DNA of 64,000 bases from a virus (IMGVR_UViG_2595698595_000001:1-64000); one strand, 5' to 3'. Shown: positions 28,394 through 37,674, counted from the stretch's first letter. Notes: generated by a model from the letters alone, not told the origin. Made by a program: numbers and translations.

Positions 28394-29653
28394 ATGCAAG
28401 ACAAAATTGAATTAGCTAAAGAACTATATAAATCTGGAAACGTAAAGGAGTTACAGGAATACTTGAGTATGTTGTTTACTGAAGAATCAGTTTCATATGT
28501 CGAATATGGAATGATTTATAATGTAAACGCTTCAAGTGAGGAAGAAGCTTCTAAATTACTAGAACTTGGTATTAAAGAATCGAGTGATTCTAATGCGATG
28601 GAAGCTTTTAACGTAACTTCAGTAATGGTTTTCAGTAAGACTAAGAAATATTCTATGGGTGTTTCTGGTGAAGTTTACAATTTCTTTCAAAACTCTGAAG
28701 GTGATTGGTTCATTGGCTATCCAAACGCTGAGGAACATGGTAAACAATTTGTCAAATATACATTTAACGATATCATATCGAAAGTAACGGAATTATCTAT
28801 CGATATTGATACCGACTTTAATTATCTTCAAACTTTCTTAAATAAACAAATCATTCCAGAATACGGTTCATTTGTATTTTTGAACGATTTCATATACGAA
28901 CAATTTAGTCCTACTAACGAACCTAAATCAAACAAGCCTCCAATGTATTACAAATTGGATGTTAATCGAAAAGGTTTAAGTTCTATGTTAGAAGAAATCA
29001 ATGTCAAGTTTCCAGAATATGTAAATGATGACGATGATTTCTGTAAATTGTTATTGTCACTTCCTTCTTCTCAGGGTTTTTATCGAATCCATTGTATTTC
29101 ATTCGATTATAATGGAATAGCTTACATGATTCATAAAGCTATCGACAAACCAAATCTTTATCATTTCGCTTACGGTTCTATAACAGAACTAAAGACTATT
29201 CCTGAAATCATACAGTATCTTAAAACTGCTAAAGAAATCAATCTTGGTTATCTAATGTTCGATGACTTGTATGAAACTATCGTTGAAGAAAATCCTGAAC
29301 TAGTTGAATCTTATTTCAAAGCTATCGCTGAATATGAAGACAAATTTGATAAACCTTGGGATAGGGTTAAAGGATCATTTGAATCAAATATTCAAATCGA
29401 TGTTGAGAAATCAAGATACACTAAATTAGCTTTACTTTCTGAATATTCGACAATCATGGAAAATGTAGCAAATCCAAATTACATCAGATTGCTATATTGT
29501 GAACTTACGAATGTTAAATGTTTCTTCGATGCTAACTTGAACATTTACATATCGATCAATGGTTCTAACGAAATCGGGAAATTTGAGAACATTACAGAAT
29601 TTGAGAAAGCTCTAGAACGAATTTACTTGAATACCAAAAACTTTATGAAATGA
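28394..29653 (+). CDS. Hypothetical protein
   Basis: 419-aa ORF after AATACATAT late-like motif (28361). Confidence 0.65.
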   Translation: MQDKIELAKELYKSGNVKELQEYLSMLFTEESVSYVEYGMIYNVNASSEEEASKLLELGIKESSDSNAMEAFNVTSVMVFSKTKKYSMGVSGEVYNFFQNSEGDWFIGYPNAEEHGKQFVKYTFNDIISKVTELSIDIDTDFNYLQTFLNKQIIPEYGSFVFLNDFIYEQFSPTNEPKSNKPPMYYKLDVNRKGLSSMLEEINVKFPEYVNDDDDFCKLLLSLPSSQGFYRIHCISFDYNGIAYMIHKAIDKPNLYHFAYGSITELKTIPEIIQYLKTAKEINLGYLMFDDLYETIVEENPELVESYFKAIAEYEDKFDKPWDRVKGSFESNIQIDVEKSRYTKLALLSEYSTIMENVANPNYIRLLYCELTNVKCFFDANLNIYISINGSNEIGKFENITEFEKALERIYLNTKNFMK

Positions 29654-29979
29654 AACATATAACTAATTTTGAACTTAACGAAAGTTTGGCTGACATCAAA
29701 CAAAAAGAACATACCAAACTTTCTAAAAAGGTATTACCGATAGTCAATACAATGATTAACTTAACTGTTTTATGTATTGCTATTTTCATGCTTGTCACAT
29801 TTACGATTGAATCTTTATCACATGTCGAATCTAGATCGATATTCGATAAGATTGCATACGTTATTCTAAGATTCTTACGAAGTGCTGTTTTGATAGGTTC
29901 GTTATATCTATCGATAAAGGTCGTTTTCACATTCTTCAAATATCTATATAAAAAGCTATCAGGTGGTACTGAAGTATAG
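29650..29979 (+). CDS. Two-TM membrane protein with capsid-targeting-like leader
   Basis: MKHITNFELNES leader; two hydrophobic helices. Confidence 0.6.
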   Translation: MKHITNFELNESLADIKQKEHTKLSKKVLPIVNTMINLTVLCIAIFMLVTFTIESLSHVESRSIFDKIAYVILRFLRSAVLIGSLYLSIKVVFTFFKYLYKKLSGGTEV

Positions 29980-30007
29980 ATTTTGATTCATTCCGTTACA
30001 TTACATG

Positions 30008-30056
30008 AACCCAAATTTCTTAGATGATATTTTATATTTCTTTGGAATTTGGGTTT
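30008..30056 (+). terminator. Long imperfect hairpin
   Basis: AACCCAAATTTC...GGAATTTGGGTT. Confidence 0.55.
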
Positions 30057-30061
30057 AGCTG

Positions 30062-30069
30062 TATACATA
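30062..30069 (+). promoter_or_regulatory. Putative late promoter TATACATA
   Basis: Exact motif upstream of ORF 30102. Confidence 0.65.
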
Positions 30070-30101
30070 TCATGTATTAAAAATTAAAAGATAGTAACGA
30101 A

Positions 30102-30911
30102 ATGGGTAAACTTGCAAAGCACTTAACAATCAATTCAAATTCAACAGAAAATTATCCGAAAATCATTCATTTCGTTTTTAACAATCATACTGAAAAATAC
30201 TACGAAGGTATTGTTTCAGAGATCGTAAAACTTAATTGTGAAGCTGGTAAAACTGTTATCGAATATTCTTCAGAGAATATCGACGAACATGGAAACATTG
30301 ACAATAGACCAGTAAGTAATGCGACTATCGTAAATCTTGTAAACTATTTTCCAGAATCTTATGATTACGATCATGAGGAAGTCTTATCGAAATATTATCA
30401 TTCGACTATAGTTCAAGAACTTATCGAATACTGTAACTTATCGAATTTGATTTTACTTAACGTAAATATCGATAACTGTTTTATGACAGCCCTTAATGAT
30501 ATTCATCAAAAGGATAAAATCGAAATCTTTCTAGAATCGAAAATAGAAAGAACACTTTTATTGAAGAATTCTAATACCGTTTGTAACGTATTCTGTTCTT
30601 ATATTTACGATAAGAAGACATTATCAGGTATTATATCAGATAACGACATTTACTTGAACAATAGATATCTAATCTTTCCAATAACGTTAAGAGAGTTTTC
30701 TACAGATTTATTGAACTTCTTATATCATAGTTGTTTTGATATCGTTAGACAAACTTACATATACGGTGAAGAACTTGAGACTATGTTCACATTCGTTAAG
30801 AACAATGTCGTAAATCCTGACAAAGTTCATGAGATACTAGATTTCATGTCAGATTCTAATGTTTACAATTATCATAACGAGCATATCGACACACTCATAT
30901 TCTACAAGTAA
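30102..30911 (+). CDS. Hypothetical protein
   Basis: 269-aa ORF. Confidence 0.6.
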   Translation: MGKLAKHLTINSNSTENYPKIIHFVFNNHTEKYYEGIVSEIVKLNCEAGKTVIEYSSENIDEHGNIDNRPVSNATIVNLVNYFPESYDYDHEEVLSKYYHSTIVQELIEYCNLSNLILLNVNIDNCFMTALNDIHQKDKIEIFLESKIERTLLLKNSNTVCNVFCSYIYDKKTLSGIISDNDIYLNNRYLIFPITLREFSTDLLNFLYHSCFDIVRQTYIYGEELETMFTFVKNNVVNPDKVHEILDFMSDSNVYNYHNEHIDTLIFYK

Positions 30912-30921
30912 AAAATAGATT

Positions 30922-30970
30922 GAAAGTTTCAGTTACGTAACTGAAACTTTCTTTCATTTCGTAGTACTAT
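30922..30970 (+). promoter_or_regulatory. Class A promoter inside perfect 30-bp palindrome
   Basis: GAAAGTTTCAGTTAC/GTAACTGAAACTTTC 30922-30951; CTGAAAC-N17-TACTAT. Confidence 0.8.
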
Positions 30971-30999
30971 TCATATAATTAATAAAATTCATTTCAAAT

Positions 31000-32490
31000 A
31001 TGGCAAAACGTAGAAACGTTAAATCTTTATCAGAAATACCTAATGCTGAAAATCCTGCTAGAAAAATCAGGATAGATTCGTTAGATGTTACTGATTACAT
31101 GCAAACAAAATATCTAACATACGCAAAATATGCAGTAGCGAAACGTGCTGTTCCGTCATTAATCGATGGATTCAAAACTGGAGCTAGGAAAATATTACAT
31201 GCTGCTTTAAATGGTTCAGCTAAGAAAGGTTCTGATGTAAAATGTTTGAACTTAGTTGGTGACGTTTATTCATTATCGGGATATGATCATGGTGATTCTT
31301 CATTGTATTCGACAATGTTAACGTTATCATCAGATTTCTCGGATAACTTAGCACCATTATTTATCAAAGGTCAAGGTGGTACTTTACGTGATCCTGACGC
31401 TGCTGCAGCACCAAGGTATCTTTATATTCGTTTATCGAAATATACAAATCTGTTATACAAAACAGATTACGATATTTTGAAATTCGATGTTTCTGAGGGT
31501 GAAACTCATGAACCTCAATTCTATCTTCCAATCATTCCAACAGTTTTAACATCAAATACTTCTGGTATCGGTGTTGGTTATGCTTTCTCTTCAATGTCTT
31601 ATAATCCATTGGATTTGATTGAAGCGATAAGAAACTATTTAGCATATGGTTACATTACTTCGGTAAGACCATACGTTAAAGGTTTAACAGAAAACGCAAG
31701 ATGGTTCTTTACTGATGATAGATGGCATTGTCAAGGTCATTATGAAATCGTTAGAGCTACAAAACGTGGTGAGAAAAATAAGATAGTTGTAAACGAATTA
31801 ACTTTCGATAAAACTTTCTTAAATATCGAATCACATTATGATACGTTAGTTGATTCAGGAATAATCGAAGACTGGGTAAACAATTCAAGAGGTTCGAAAA
31901 TCAAATACGAATTATACTTTAAGACTGACGAACAATTCGAAAAAGCTATTTCAGATGTTTGGAATCTTGAGTTGAATATTCTTAAGAACATTTCGAAAGT
32001 TGAAAAGGATAATCTTACTGTTATGGACGAAAACGATAAGATTAGATATTTCGAAAAACCTGAAGCGTTGATCGAATACTTTACTAAGTTCAGACTTGGT
32101 AAATATAACGATCGTAAAGATGCTATGACTAAGAAAATCAATGAAAGAATCGAAAGAATCAATATGCTTCTTAAATTCATTCAGTTAGTTATAGATTCGA
32201 AAATCGTTCTTTCAAATCGTTCAATCAAAGACGTTAAAGCTGATTTGGATAAACATAAGATTTTACATGATGTATTGTCAATGCCAATATCCAGAATTAC
32301 TAAGGAGGAATTCGAAAAACTTAAGAAAGAATCTAAAGAATTGGATGCTGAACTTAAACGTTTATTGAATACTTCAATCGAAGAAATGTATCTTAACGAT
32401 TTAGACGAATTGGAAAAATCGATTCAAGAGGATTTCTTAGACCAAGACGAATTACCGTTAGAAATTGAAGAAGTTGAAGAGTCTGAATAA
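31000..32490 (+). CDS. Type II DNA topoisomerase medium subunit (GyrA-like; T4 gp52)
   Basis: RAVPSLIDGFKTGARKIL, YDHGDSSL, catalytic AAPRY, EPQFYLPIIP. Confidence 0.95.
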   Translation: MAKRRNVKSLSEIPNAENPARKIRIDSLDVTDYMQTKYLTYAKYAVAKRAVPSLIDGFKTGARKILHAALNGSAKKGSDVKCLNLVGDVYSLSGYDHGDSSLYSTMLTLSSDFSDNLAPLFIKGQGGTLRDPDAAAAPRYLYIRLSKYTNLLYKTDYDILKFDVSEGETHEPQFYLPIIPTVLTSNTSGIGVGYAFSSMSYNPLDLIEAIRNYLAYGYITSVRPYVKGLTENARWFFTDDRWHCQGHYEIVRATKRGEKNKIVVNELTFDKTFLNIESHYDTLVDSGIIEDWVNNSRGSKIKYELYFKTDEQFEKAISDVWNLELNILKNISKVEKDNLTVMDENDKIRYFEKPEALIEYFTKFRLGKYNDRKDAMTKKINERIERINMLLKFIQLVIDSKIVLSNRSIKDVKADLDKHKILHDVLSMPISRITKEEFEKLKKESKELDAELKRLLNTSIEEMYLNDLDELEKSIQEDFLDQDELPLEIEEVEESE

Positions 32491-32499
32491 GACTCTTCA
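32475..32499 (+). terminator. Hairpin overlapping stop codon
   Basis: TGAAGAGTCT/AGACTCTTCA. Confidence 0.55.
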
Positions 32500-32514
32500 T
32501 TAATTTTGTCACAT

Positions 32515-32697
32515 ATGAAAATTAAGAAAAAGTACATAGGATGGATAGGATTCATCCGTTTCGAGAAAGTTGAGATTTCCTGGAATTTCAGGAATATCGC
32601 TTTACCATTGTCCTTCGATTTTACAGGACCGTTAGCGTTTGTTCAAATACTATTCATAACGTTCATTTTCCCAATGAGCAAAGACTATCATCTGTAA
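32515..32697 (+). CDS. Small hydrophobic protein
   Basis: ATG start MKIKKK; TAATG-coupled to next gene. Confidence 0.5.
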   Translation: MKIKKKYIGWIGFIRFEKVEISWNFRNIALPLSFDFTGPLAFVQILFITFIFPMSKDYHL

Positions 32698-33098
32698 TGG
32701 AATTCAATATAAAGAAATTAAGTGATTTCGTTTTTGTTATTGACTGTACTGTCAGATTCAAGCCTTTTAATAAACTAACGATATTCAAAAGAACATTCAG
32801 AATGTATAAAGAATGTTCACAATACGTTTCTACAGCATTAGACGAAGGTCATTACGAGAAAGTTCCAAACAAATTAGTTACTTTCGAAAGTTTAGAAGAG
32901 GCTGGAAATTTCATAACTTTACTTAAAGAAGATATCGTTACCAAGAAACGTATGGATGAATACGACGATTTAAGTAAAAATGCTGTGTCATATAATAGAC
33001 ATATATCAGCTTTCCAGAATTTCACTATTCATGTAAAGAATTTGAATTTCGAGGAAGATAAGTTCGTTAGTAAATCAAGTAGAATCAAAATAAACTAA
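32697..33098 (+). CDS. Hypothetical protein, tandem paralog 1
   Basis: Shares F-rich middle and L.F....A..(F/Y)...L motif with next two ORFs. Confidence 0.6.
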   Translation: MEFNIKKLSDFVFVIDCTVRFKPFNKLTIFKRTFRMYKECSQYVSTALDEGHYEKVPNKLVTFESLEEAGNFITLLKEDIVTKKRMDEYDDLSKNAVSYNRHISAFQNFTIHVKNLNFEEDKFVSKSSRIKIN

Positions 33099-33099
33099 T

Positions 33100-33345
33100 A
33101 TGTCGTTAGCAAAAGTAGTTTCGTACAAACCAAAAAGATATAAACTAAATGACAGTTTCAATATCGTTAGAACTGTAAGGATCATGATATTTCATAGATT
33201 TACGATTTTCAAAATTTCTAAGATTATGTCTGAAGAAGTTGAATCTAATGTGTTCGTTAATGGTACTGACAAAGTCAAAAGAGAATTAGTTTTCAATGAT
33301 TATGAATCAGCTAAAAGATATTCTGAGAAATTAGCAAAAATCTAG
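33100..33345 (+). CDS. Hypothetical protein, tandem paralog 2
   Basis: LVFNDYESAKRYSEKL. Confidence 0.6.
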   Translation: MSLAKVVSYKPKRYKLNDSFNIVRTVRIMIFHRFTIFKISKIMSEEVESNVFVNGTDKVKRELVFNDYESAKRYSEKLAKI

Positions 33346-33350
33346 ATCAA

Positions 33351-33680
33351 ATGATTAAGAAACAAATAACTTACGAAATTAAACAACATGGTAAGAACTT
33401 CTATAAAGTTAGATGTATCAAGTCTTTCAAGTTCTTTGGTAGTATTTTTCTTAAACTAAAGAATTATCTTTATACTGACGTAGATAGAAACGATCCCGAA
33501 TTTACTATTATCGATCGTAAGATTATCTTGTTCAATACTTATGTAGATGCTGAAAGATACATTTCTAAACTTCGTATAAAAACTGAAACTTCCGAATTCG
33601 AAAAAGAGAAATCTAAACTTGAAAGAGATTACGTTGTTTACGAACCAGCAACTGAAACTTTTCGAAGTCCTAAAGTATAA
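33351..33680 (+). CDS. Hypothetical protein, tandem paralog 3
   Basis: ILFNTYVDAERYISKL. Confidence 0.6.
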   Translation: MIKKQITYEIKQHGKNFYKVRCIKSFKFFGSIFLKLKNYLYTDVDRNDPEFTIIDRKIILFNTYVDAERYISKLRIKTETSEFEKEKSKLERDYVVYEPATETFRSPKV

Positions 33681-33681
33681 T
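33652..33681 (+). promoter_or_regulatory. Class A promoter (CTGAAAC-N17-TATAAT)
   Basis: Exact match within last codons of upstream ORF. Confidence 0.7.
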
Positions 33682-33700
33682 ATATTCAAATTTATCAACT

Positions 33701-33883
33701 ATGATTACAGTAAAAACTGAATTAGAATCCTATCCATTACATGCTGGATATACGTCAATTAAGGATGAAGCTCAATCAATTCTTAACAAGCGTATTCAAA
33801 AGAAAGCTTTGAAAGAAGCTAAAATCAAGAAAATTCGATCTGAAAGAAAACGTAAACGAATCCATTCTAAACGTAATCGATAA
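33701..33883 (+). CDS. Small basic protein
   Basis: K/R-rich C-terminus ending KRNR. Confidence 0.6.
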   Translation: MITVKTELESYPLHAGYTSIKDEAQSILNKRIQKKALKEAKIKKIRSERKRKRIHSKRNR

Positions 33884-34023
33884 TGGTAGCAAATCCATTC
33901 CTATCTGACATGATTCCTAAAGACTTTAAGAAAGCTCAACAGGAATTAAAAGCCAAAAAGAAAGCTGTAAAAGCTCGTAAGCTTAGAAAGAAACGTAATA
34001 ATCATAAGAAACGTAATCGATAA
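33883..34023 (+). CDS. Small basic protein (46 aa, not in ORF track)
   Basis: MVANPFLSDMIPKDFKKAQQELKAKKKAVKARKLRKKRNNHKKRNR; TAATG-coupled on both sides. Confidence 0.7.
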   Translation: MVANPFLSDMIPKDFKKAQQELKAKKKAVKARKLRKKRNNHKKRNR

Positions 34024-34457
34024 TGAAAATAGATTTAGAAACATTCAAAGAACGTTTAAAGAAATCATTAGATCGTTATGACCGTCACATATCTTTAGAT
34101 TCTATAAAACTTAGATGTGAACGTGAGATTCTCATCGATAGATTATTCAATAAGCTTCTATTCAGTGAAGATAAAGAAGCTTACAGATATTTCAAAATCG
34201 TATCTAACGGTAAAGCACTTTATGGATATGTAATGAAATCAGCCCTTGGACATGATGGTATAATAAGATACAATTCTGGTGTCCGATACTATCTAGGACA
34301 CGATAACTATAAATTGAAGGTTACGTATCTTGATCCAGTTGAACAGACTATAAAATATGAAACGTTTTCATTAGATTCTATAACTAGTATCGAAGTTTGT
34401 AAGAAACATGATTTCGATACATTAGTTGGAATGTTTTCAACTTTCGGATATGAATAA
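34023..34457 (+). CDS. Hypothetical protein
   Basis: 144-aa ORF. Confidence 0.6.
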   Translation: MKIDLETFKERLKKSLDRYDRHISLDSIKLRCEREILIDRLFNKLLFSEDKEAYRYFKIVSNGKALYGYVMKSALGHDGIIRYNSGVRYYLGHDNYKLKVTYLDPVEQTIKYETFSLDSITSIEVCKKHDFDTLVGMFSTFGYE

Positions 34458-34815
34458 ATCAAGATATACTAACGAAATCGAATATATCTTATGTGCTGCT
34501 ATTTGGTACAAAGATGAAACGAAAGTCAAATTGAACGATAAAGAACAATTACGTTTAAGAGGTTTCCAACCTTACAATATCGATAAGGGATTTGTCGTTA
34601 CTGGTTGGAGACATGGAAACGTAATATCAATATTTAACGCTTTGACAGGATTACGTTCGGTTACATTTGGTAAGGATTCATGTGGTGAACATACTCAAGG
34701 ATTTCTAACTTCATGTAATAGATTCGTGGATCGTAAAGAAGGTGGTGAAATTGCATTTGCTGCTAATCAAACTAAAGAATTAAAAACATATTTATTTTCA
34801 GAAGATTTATACTGA
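34450..34815 (+). CDS. Conserved phage hypothetical protein
   Basis: ILCAAIWY..GWRHG..QGFLTSCNRFVDRKEG..LFSEDLY; start moved to ATG 34450. Confidence 0.7.
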   Translation: MNKSRYTNEIEYILCAAIWYKDETKVKLNDKEQLRLRGFQPYNIDKGFVVTGWRHGNVISIFNALTGLRSVTFGKDSCGEHTQGFLTSCNRFVDRKEGGEIAFAANQTKELKTYLFSEDLY

Positions 34816-34816
34816 T

Positions 34817-35041
34817 ATGAAATACTTCAAGGACTGGAACAAGGAAACTAAAGAATTCGAAAAGTTTGAGAAAGAATTTGATCAGTCATTAGTCAGAAAA
34901 GAAAAAGAAGTTAAGACTAAAACAGATGATTCCATTTCTTCAGACGATTACGAAATGAATACATTTAGTAGAAACGAAAGAATCGAGGAAGATTCATTCG
35001 ATGGGATGTTTTCAGGTAAATATTCAAAAGACAATTGCTAA
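34817..35041 (+). CDS. Small charged protein
   Basis: 74-aa ORF. Confidence 0.55.
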   Translation: MKYFKDWNKETKEFEKFEKEFDQSLVRKEKEVKTKTDDSISSDDYEMNTFSRNERIEEDSFDGMFSGKYSKDNC

Positions 35042-35042
35042 T

Positions 35043-35396
35043 ATGGATAAACTTATAACTTTCGAAAGAGATACTGACAATCGTTGGTATGCTGTTTTAC
35101 CTGAATGGGAAGGTGAACGTGAAGAACTTGAAATGGTTCAAGGTGCTGACATAATGCTTGATATTTTGTCAATGAACTTTAATGATAATCATGACAGAAT
35201 TCAATTAGTTCTATCTACTGAATTACCTACTGGTAAATATGACAGATTCTTAACACTTAATTCTATACCTGATAACTCTTCATGTGGTATGAATTACATG
35301 TGTATTGGTGTCGAACTTAAATTTCCAGTTTGGTTATGTGATGTAACTACTTTCGTATTTGGAAAATTCCCTGAAACTATTTACGTGCTATACTAA
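35043..35396 (+). CDS. DUF6717-like protein
   Basis: WYAVLPEW..LEMVQGADIMLD..WLCDVTTFVFGKFPETIY; start moved to ATG 35043. Confidence 0.65.
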   Translation: MDKLITFERDTDNRWYAVLPEWEGEREELEMVQGADIMLDILSMNFNDNHDRIQLVLSTELPTGKYDRFLTLNSIPDNSSCGMNYMCIGVELKFPVWLCDVTTFVFGKFPETIYVLY

Positions 35397-35758
35397 TGAC
35401 TAGAAAAGAAATGATACAGTTCGCTGTAGAAGCAATGAAAAACAGACTAGCTGAATCTATCGTTTCAGTTAGTGAAAGATATCCAGAAGGTTTATTTCGT
35501 TTCAAATATAAAGGCTGGGTAGTTAATGATATATTCGATATACTAAGAATCGAATGGTTAGACAAATCATCTAAGCTTAAACTAGATAACGATGATTTGA
35601 CTTTACTGATTACGAAGCATCCTGATTTCTATGATGATACATTTGTTTCTTTAGGGCATGAACCTGACTCTATCGAATCTCAAAAATACATAGCTTATGA
35701 AAGATTAAGAGGTTGGACGAGAGGATACGAAAAACTTCTTGAAAATTTCGAATATTAA
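35396..35758 (+). CDS. Hypothetical protein
   Basis: 120-aa ORF. Confidence 0.6.
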   Translation: MTRKEMIQFAVEAMKNRLAESIVSVSERYPEGLFRFKYKGWVVNDIFDILRIEWLDKSSKLKLDNDDLTLLITKHPDFYDDTFVSLGHEPDSIESQKYIAYERLRGWTRGYEKLLENFEY

Positions 35759-35764
35759 AAGTAA

Positions 35765-35810
35765 ACGAAACCCTCGGAAACTGAAACTTTCGAGGGTTTC
35801 GTAGTATAAT
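35765..35810 (+). promoter_or_regulatory. Hairpin-embedded class A promoter
   Basis: ACGAAACCCTCGGAAA-CTGAAAC-TTTCGAGGGTTTCGT then AGTATAAT; 17-nt spacer. Confidence 0.85.
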
Positions 35811-35838
35811 TATTACATTATACAAAATACTTTCAATT

Positions 35839-36066
35839 ATGGTACAATTTTCACAAGATGAGTTATTACTCCTATCATCATTAGGATTCGTATTAAAGGA
35901 TGGATTCTATACATTAGAAATGGAATTCGATTACGTTTCGATTCTTAAATATGCTGAAAACGAATTTAAACTAGAATGGTATGATTACGATTCTTATGGG
36001 CTCCAACATAAAGAATATTCGAAGAAAGATGAACAACTTTCAGAATTCGTATCAAGAACTATCTAA
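35839..36066 (+). CDS. Hypothetical protein
   Basis: 75-aa ORF after promoter. Confidence 0.6.
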   Translation: MVQFSQDELLLLSSLGFVLKDGFYTLEMEFDYVSILKYAENEFKLEWYDYDSYGLQHKEYSKKDEQLSEFVSRTI

Positions 36067-36077
36067 TCAAAAACGTC

Positions 36078-36410
36078 ATGCAAGACCCAATAAAAGAAAC
36101 AGTCAAAAAGATTTTCGATATCGTTATTAAAGCTTTAGATAATCTACAAGAATCTGAAGTTAACGATACTTTCATTTTGAAACATGGAAACTTCATCGTT
36201 AATGATGTAGCTGATATCGTTAATATCGAATCTACGTTAGGTAACATTTCTTCAGAAGAATTCGATCTATTCGAAATCATTTACGAACAATTAAATAGTG
36301 ATACATTCTTTAGAAACGATACAGACTCAAACAATGTACGTAGACTAATTTCCGGATTACGAAGAGCTGAATACAAACGTTCATATAACATATTTCTTAA
36401 AGACATTTAA
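36078..36410 (+). CDS. Hypothetical protein
   Basis: 110-aa ORF. Confidence 0.6.
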   Translation: MQDPIKETVKKIFDIVIKALDNLQESEVNDTFILKHGNFIVNDVADIVNIESTLGNISSEEFDLFEIIYEQLNSDTFFRNDTDSNNVRRLISGLRRAEYKRSYNIFLKDI

Positions 36411-36419
36411 TCAAACATT

Positions 36420-37094
36420 ATGACAAGCACTGTTGAACCTGTTATGTTCTATGAACATAAGGACGAACTAATCAAAACTTACGAAACTATAGCTACGATT
36501 TTAATCAGTGAAGATGTAAGTGTTTTAAGAATCGAAAAGAGTCAAGAAGGAACTAGGGTTCTATTTTTCAATAAAAAAGTAGAAAATGTTCTAGACCTTC
36601 TTAGCGTTCTTAAATTCAATAGAGTTCTAGATAACAAGAGTAACATGGAAATGGAGAAATTCATGGATTTAGTATTCTTTCTGAAATCTTTAGAATTCAA
36701 AACTTCTTTGAATTGTACTGAAGCGTTAATCAAGAAACGTCTTGAAGAAATTTCAAGATATTTGAATTCGGTAGTATTCGATTTAACGAAATTACCAGAA
36801 CCTCCATTAACTTTAGAAACTATTAAAACTGGTGATACGTTCTACTATCTAAACGATAATCTTAATATCGTAAGATATGAATTTCGTGAAGAATATCCTA
36901 TGAAGTCTAAGTCTATGCAACGAAAATACTTCATAGTTATCGACAGATGTAACGAAAGACCTATTAGAGTTCATTTCAAAGTTTTGGAAAAGATGTTAGA
37001 AGCTAATATCAGAACTTTGAAAGAAGCTAAGATCGTTAAGTTGGAAAAATACAAAGAATTCGTTAAAACGTTAGAAGAAAATATCAATGAATAG
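36420..37094 (+). CDS. Hypothetical protein
   Basis: 224-aa ORF. Confidence 0.6.
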   Translation: MTSTVEPVMFYEHKDELIKTYETIATILISEDVSVLRIEKSQEGTRVLFFNKKVENVLDLLSVLKFNRVLDNKSNMEMEKFMDLVFFLKSLEFKTSLNCTEALIKKRLEEISRYLNSVVFDLTKLPEPPLTLETIKTGDTFYYLNDNLNIVRYEFREEYPMKSKSMQRKYFIVIDRCNERPIRVHFKVLEKMLEANIRTLKEAKIVKLEKYKEFVKTLEENINE

Positions 37095-37674
37095 TAAGAC
37101 AATATTAGTTGCTGGAAACATTGGAAATATGTCATGTTCTTCAGCATTGAATAAAATTCAATCGGGTGAAAAGGTATCAGTTTCATCAGACAAAGGTACT
37201 TTAGGTAACGAATGTAATCGTTCAGTTTGTGAAAACAAACCAGCTTTGTATTTCAATAAATCTACTAAGAAGCATTACTGTAAGCAATGTTCTAGTATGA
37301 TTAACGATGCTACTCGTGGTGATGCATATCGTTTGTATGGTTCTGAATTATGTCAGTTAGACGAATCTCTTACTGAAGAAGAGATCAGAATGTATGAGAA
37401 GCTTTTGGACATTGCAATTCCTCAAATACCTGAATCAGACTTAATGGATGATGCAGCTTTAGATTACAAAGATACTTACATGAAATTCAAAGAAAGTGAT
37501 ATCTTCAGTAAAGGAAGCATGGAAGATTATCTTTACGGTAAACTTACACGTAAGGAAATGGAATATGTTGGTAAAGCTATTCCAGTAACCAGTTCGATTA
37601 CTATAGGTAGAAATGACCCATGTCCATGTAAATCTGGAAAGAAATTCAAACAGTGTTGTATTAATAAACGATAA
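37087..37674 (+). CDS. SEC-C motif zinc-binding protein
   Basis: C-terminal IGRNDPCPCKSGKKFKQCC; internal CNRSVC...YCKQC finger. Confidence 0.8.
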   Translation: MNSKTILVAGNIGNMSCSSALNKIQSGEKVSVSSDKGTLGNECNRSVCENKPALYFNKSTKKHYCKQCSSMINDATRGDAYRLYGSELCQLDESLTEEEIRMYEKLLDIAIPQIPESDLMDDAALDYKDTYMKFKESDIFSKGSMEDYLYGKLTRKEMEYVGKAIPVTSSITIGRNDPCPCKSGKKFKQCCINKR

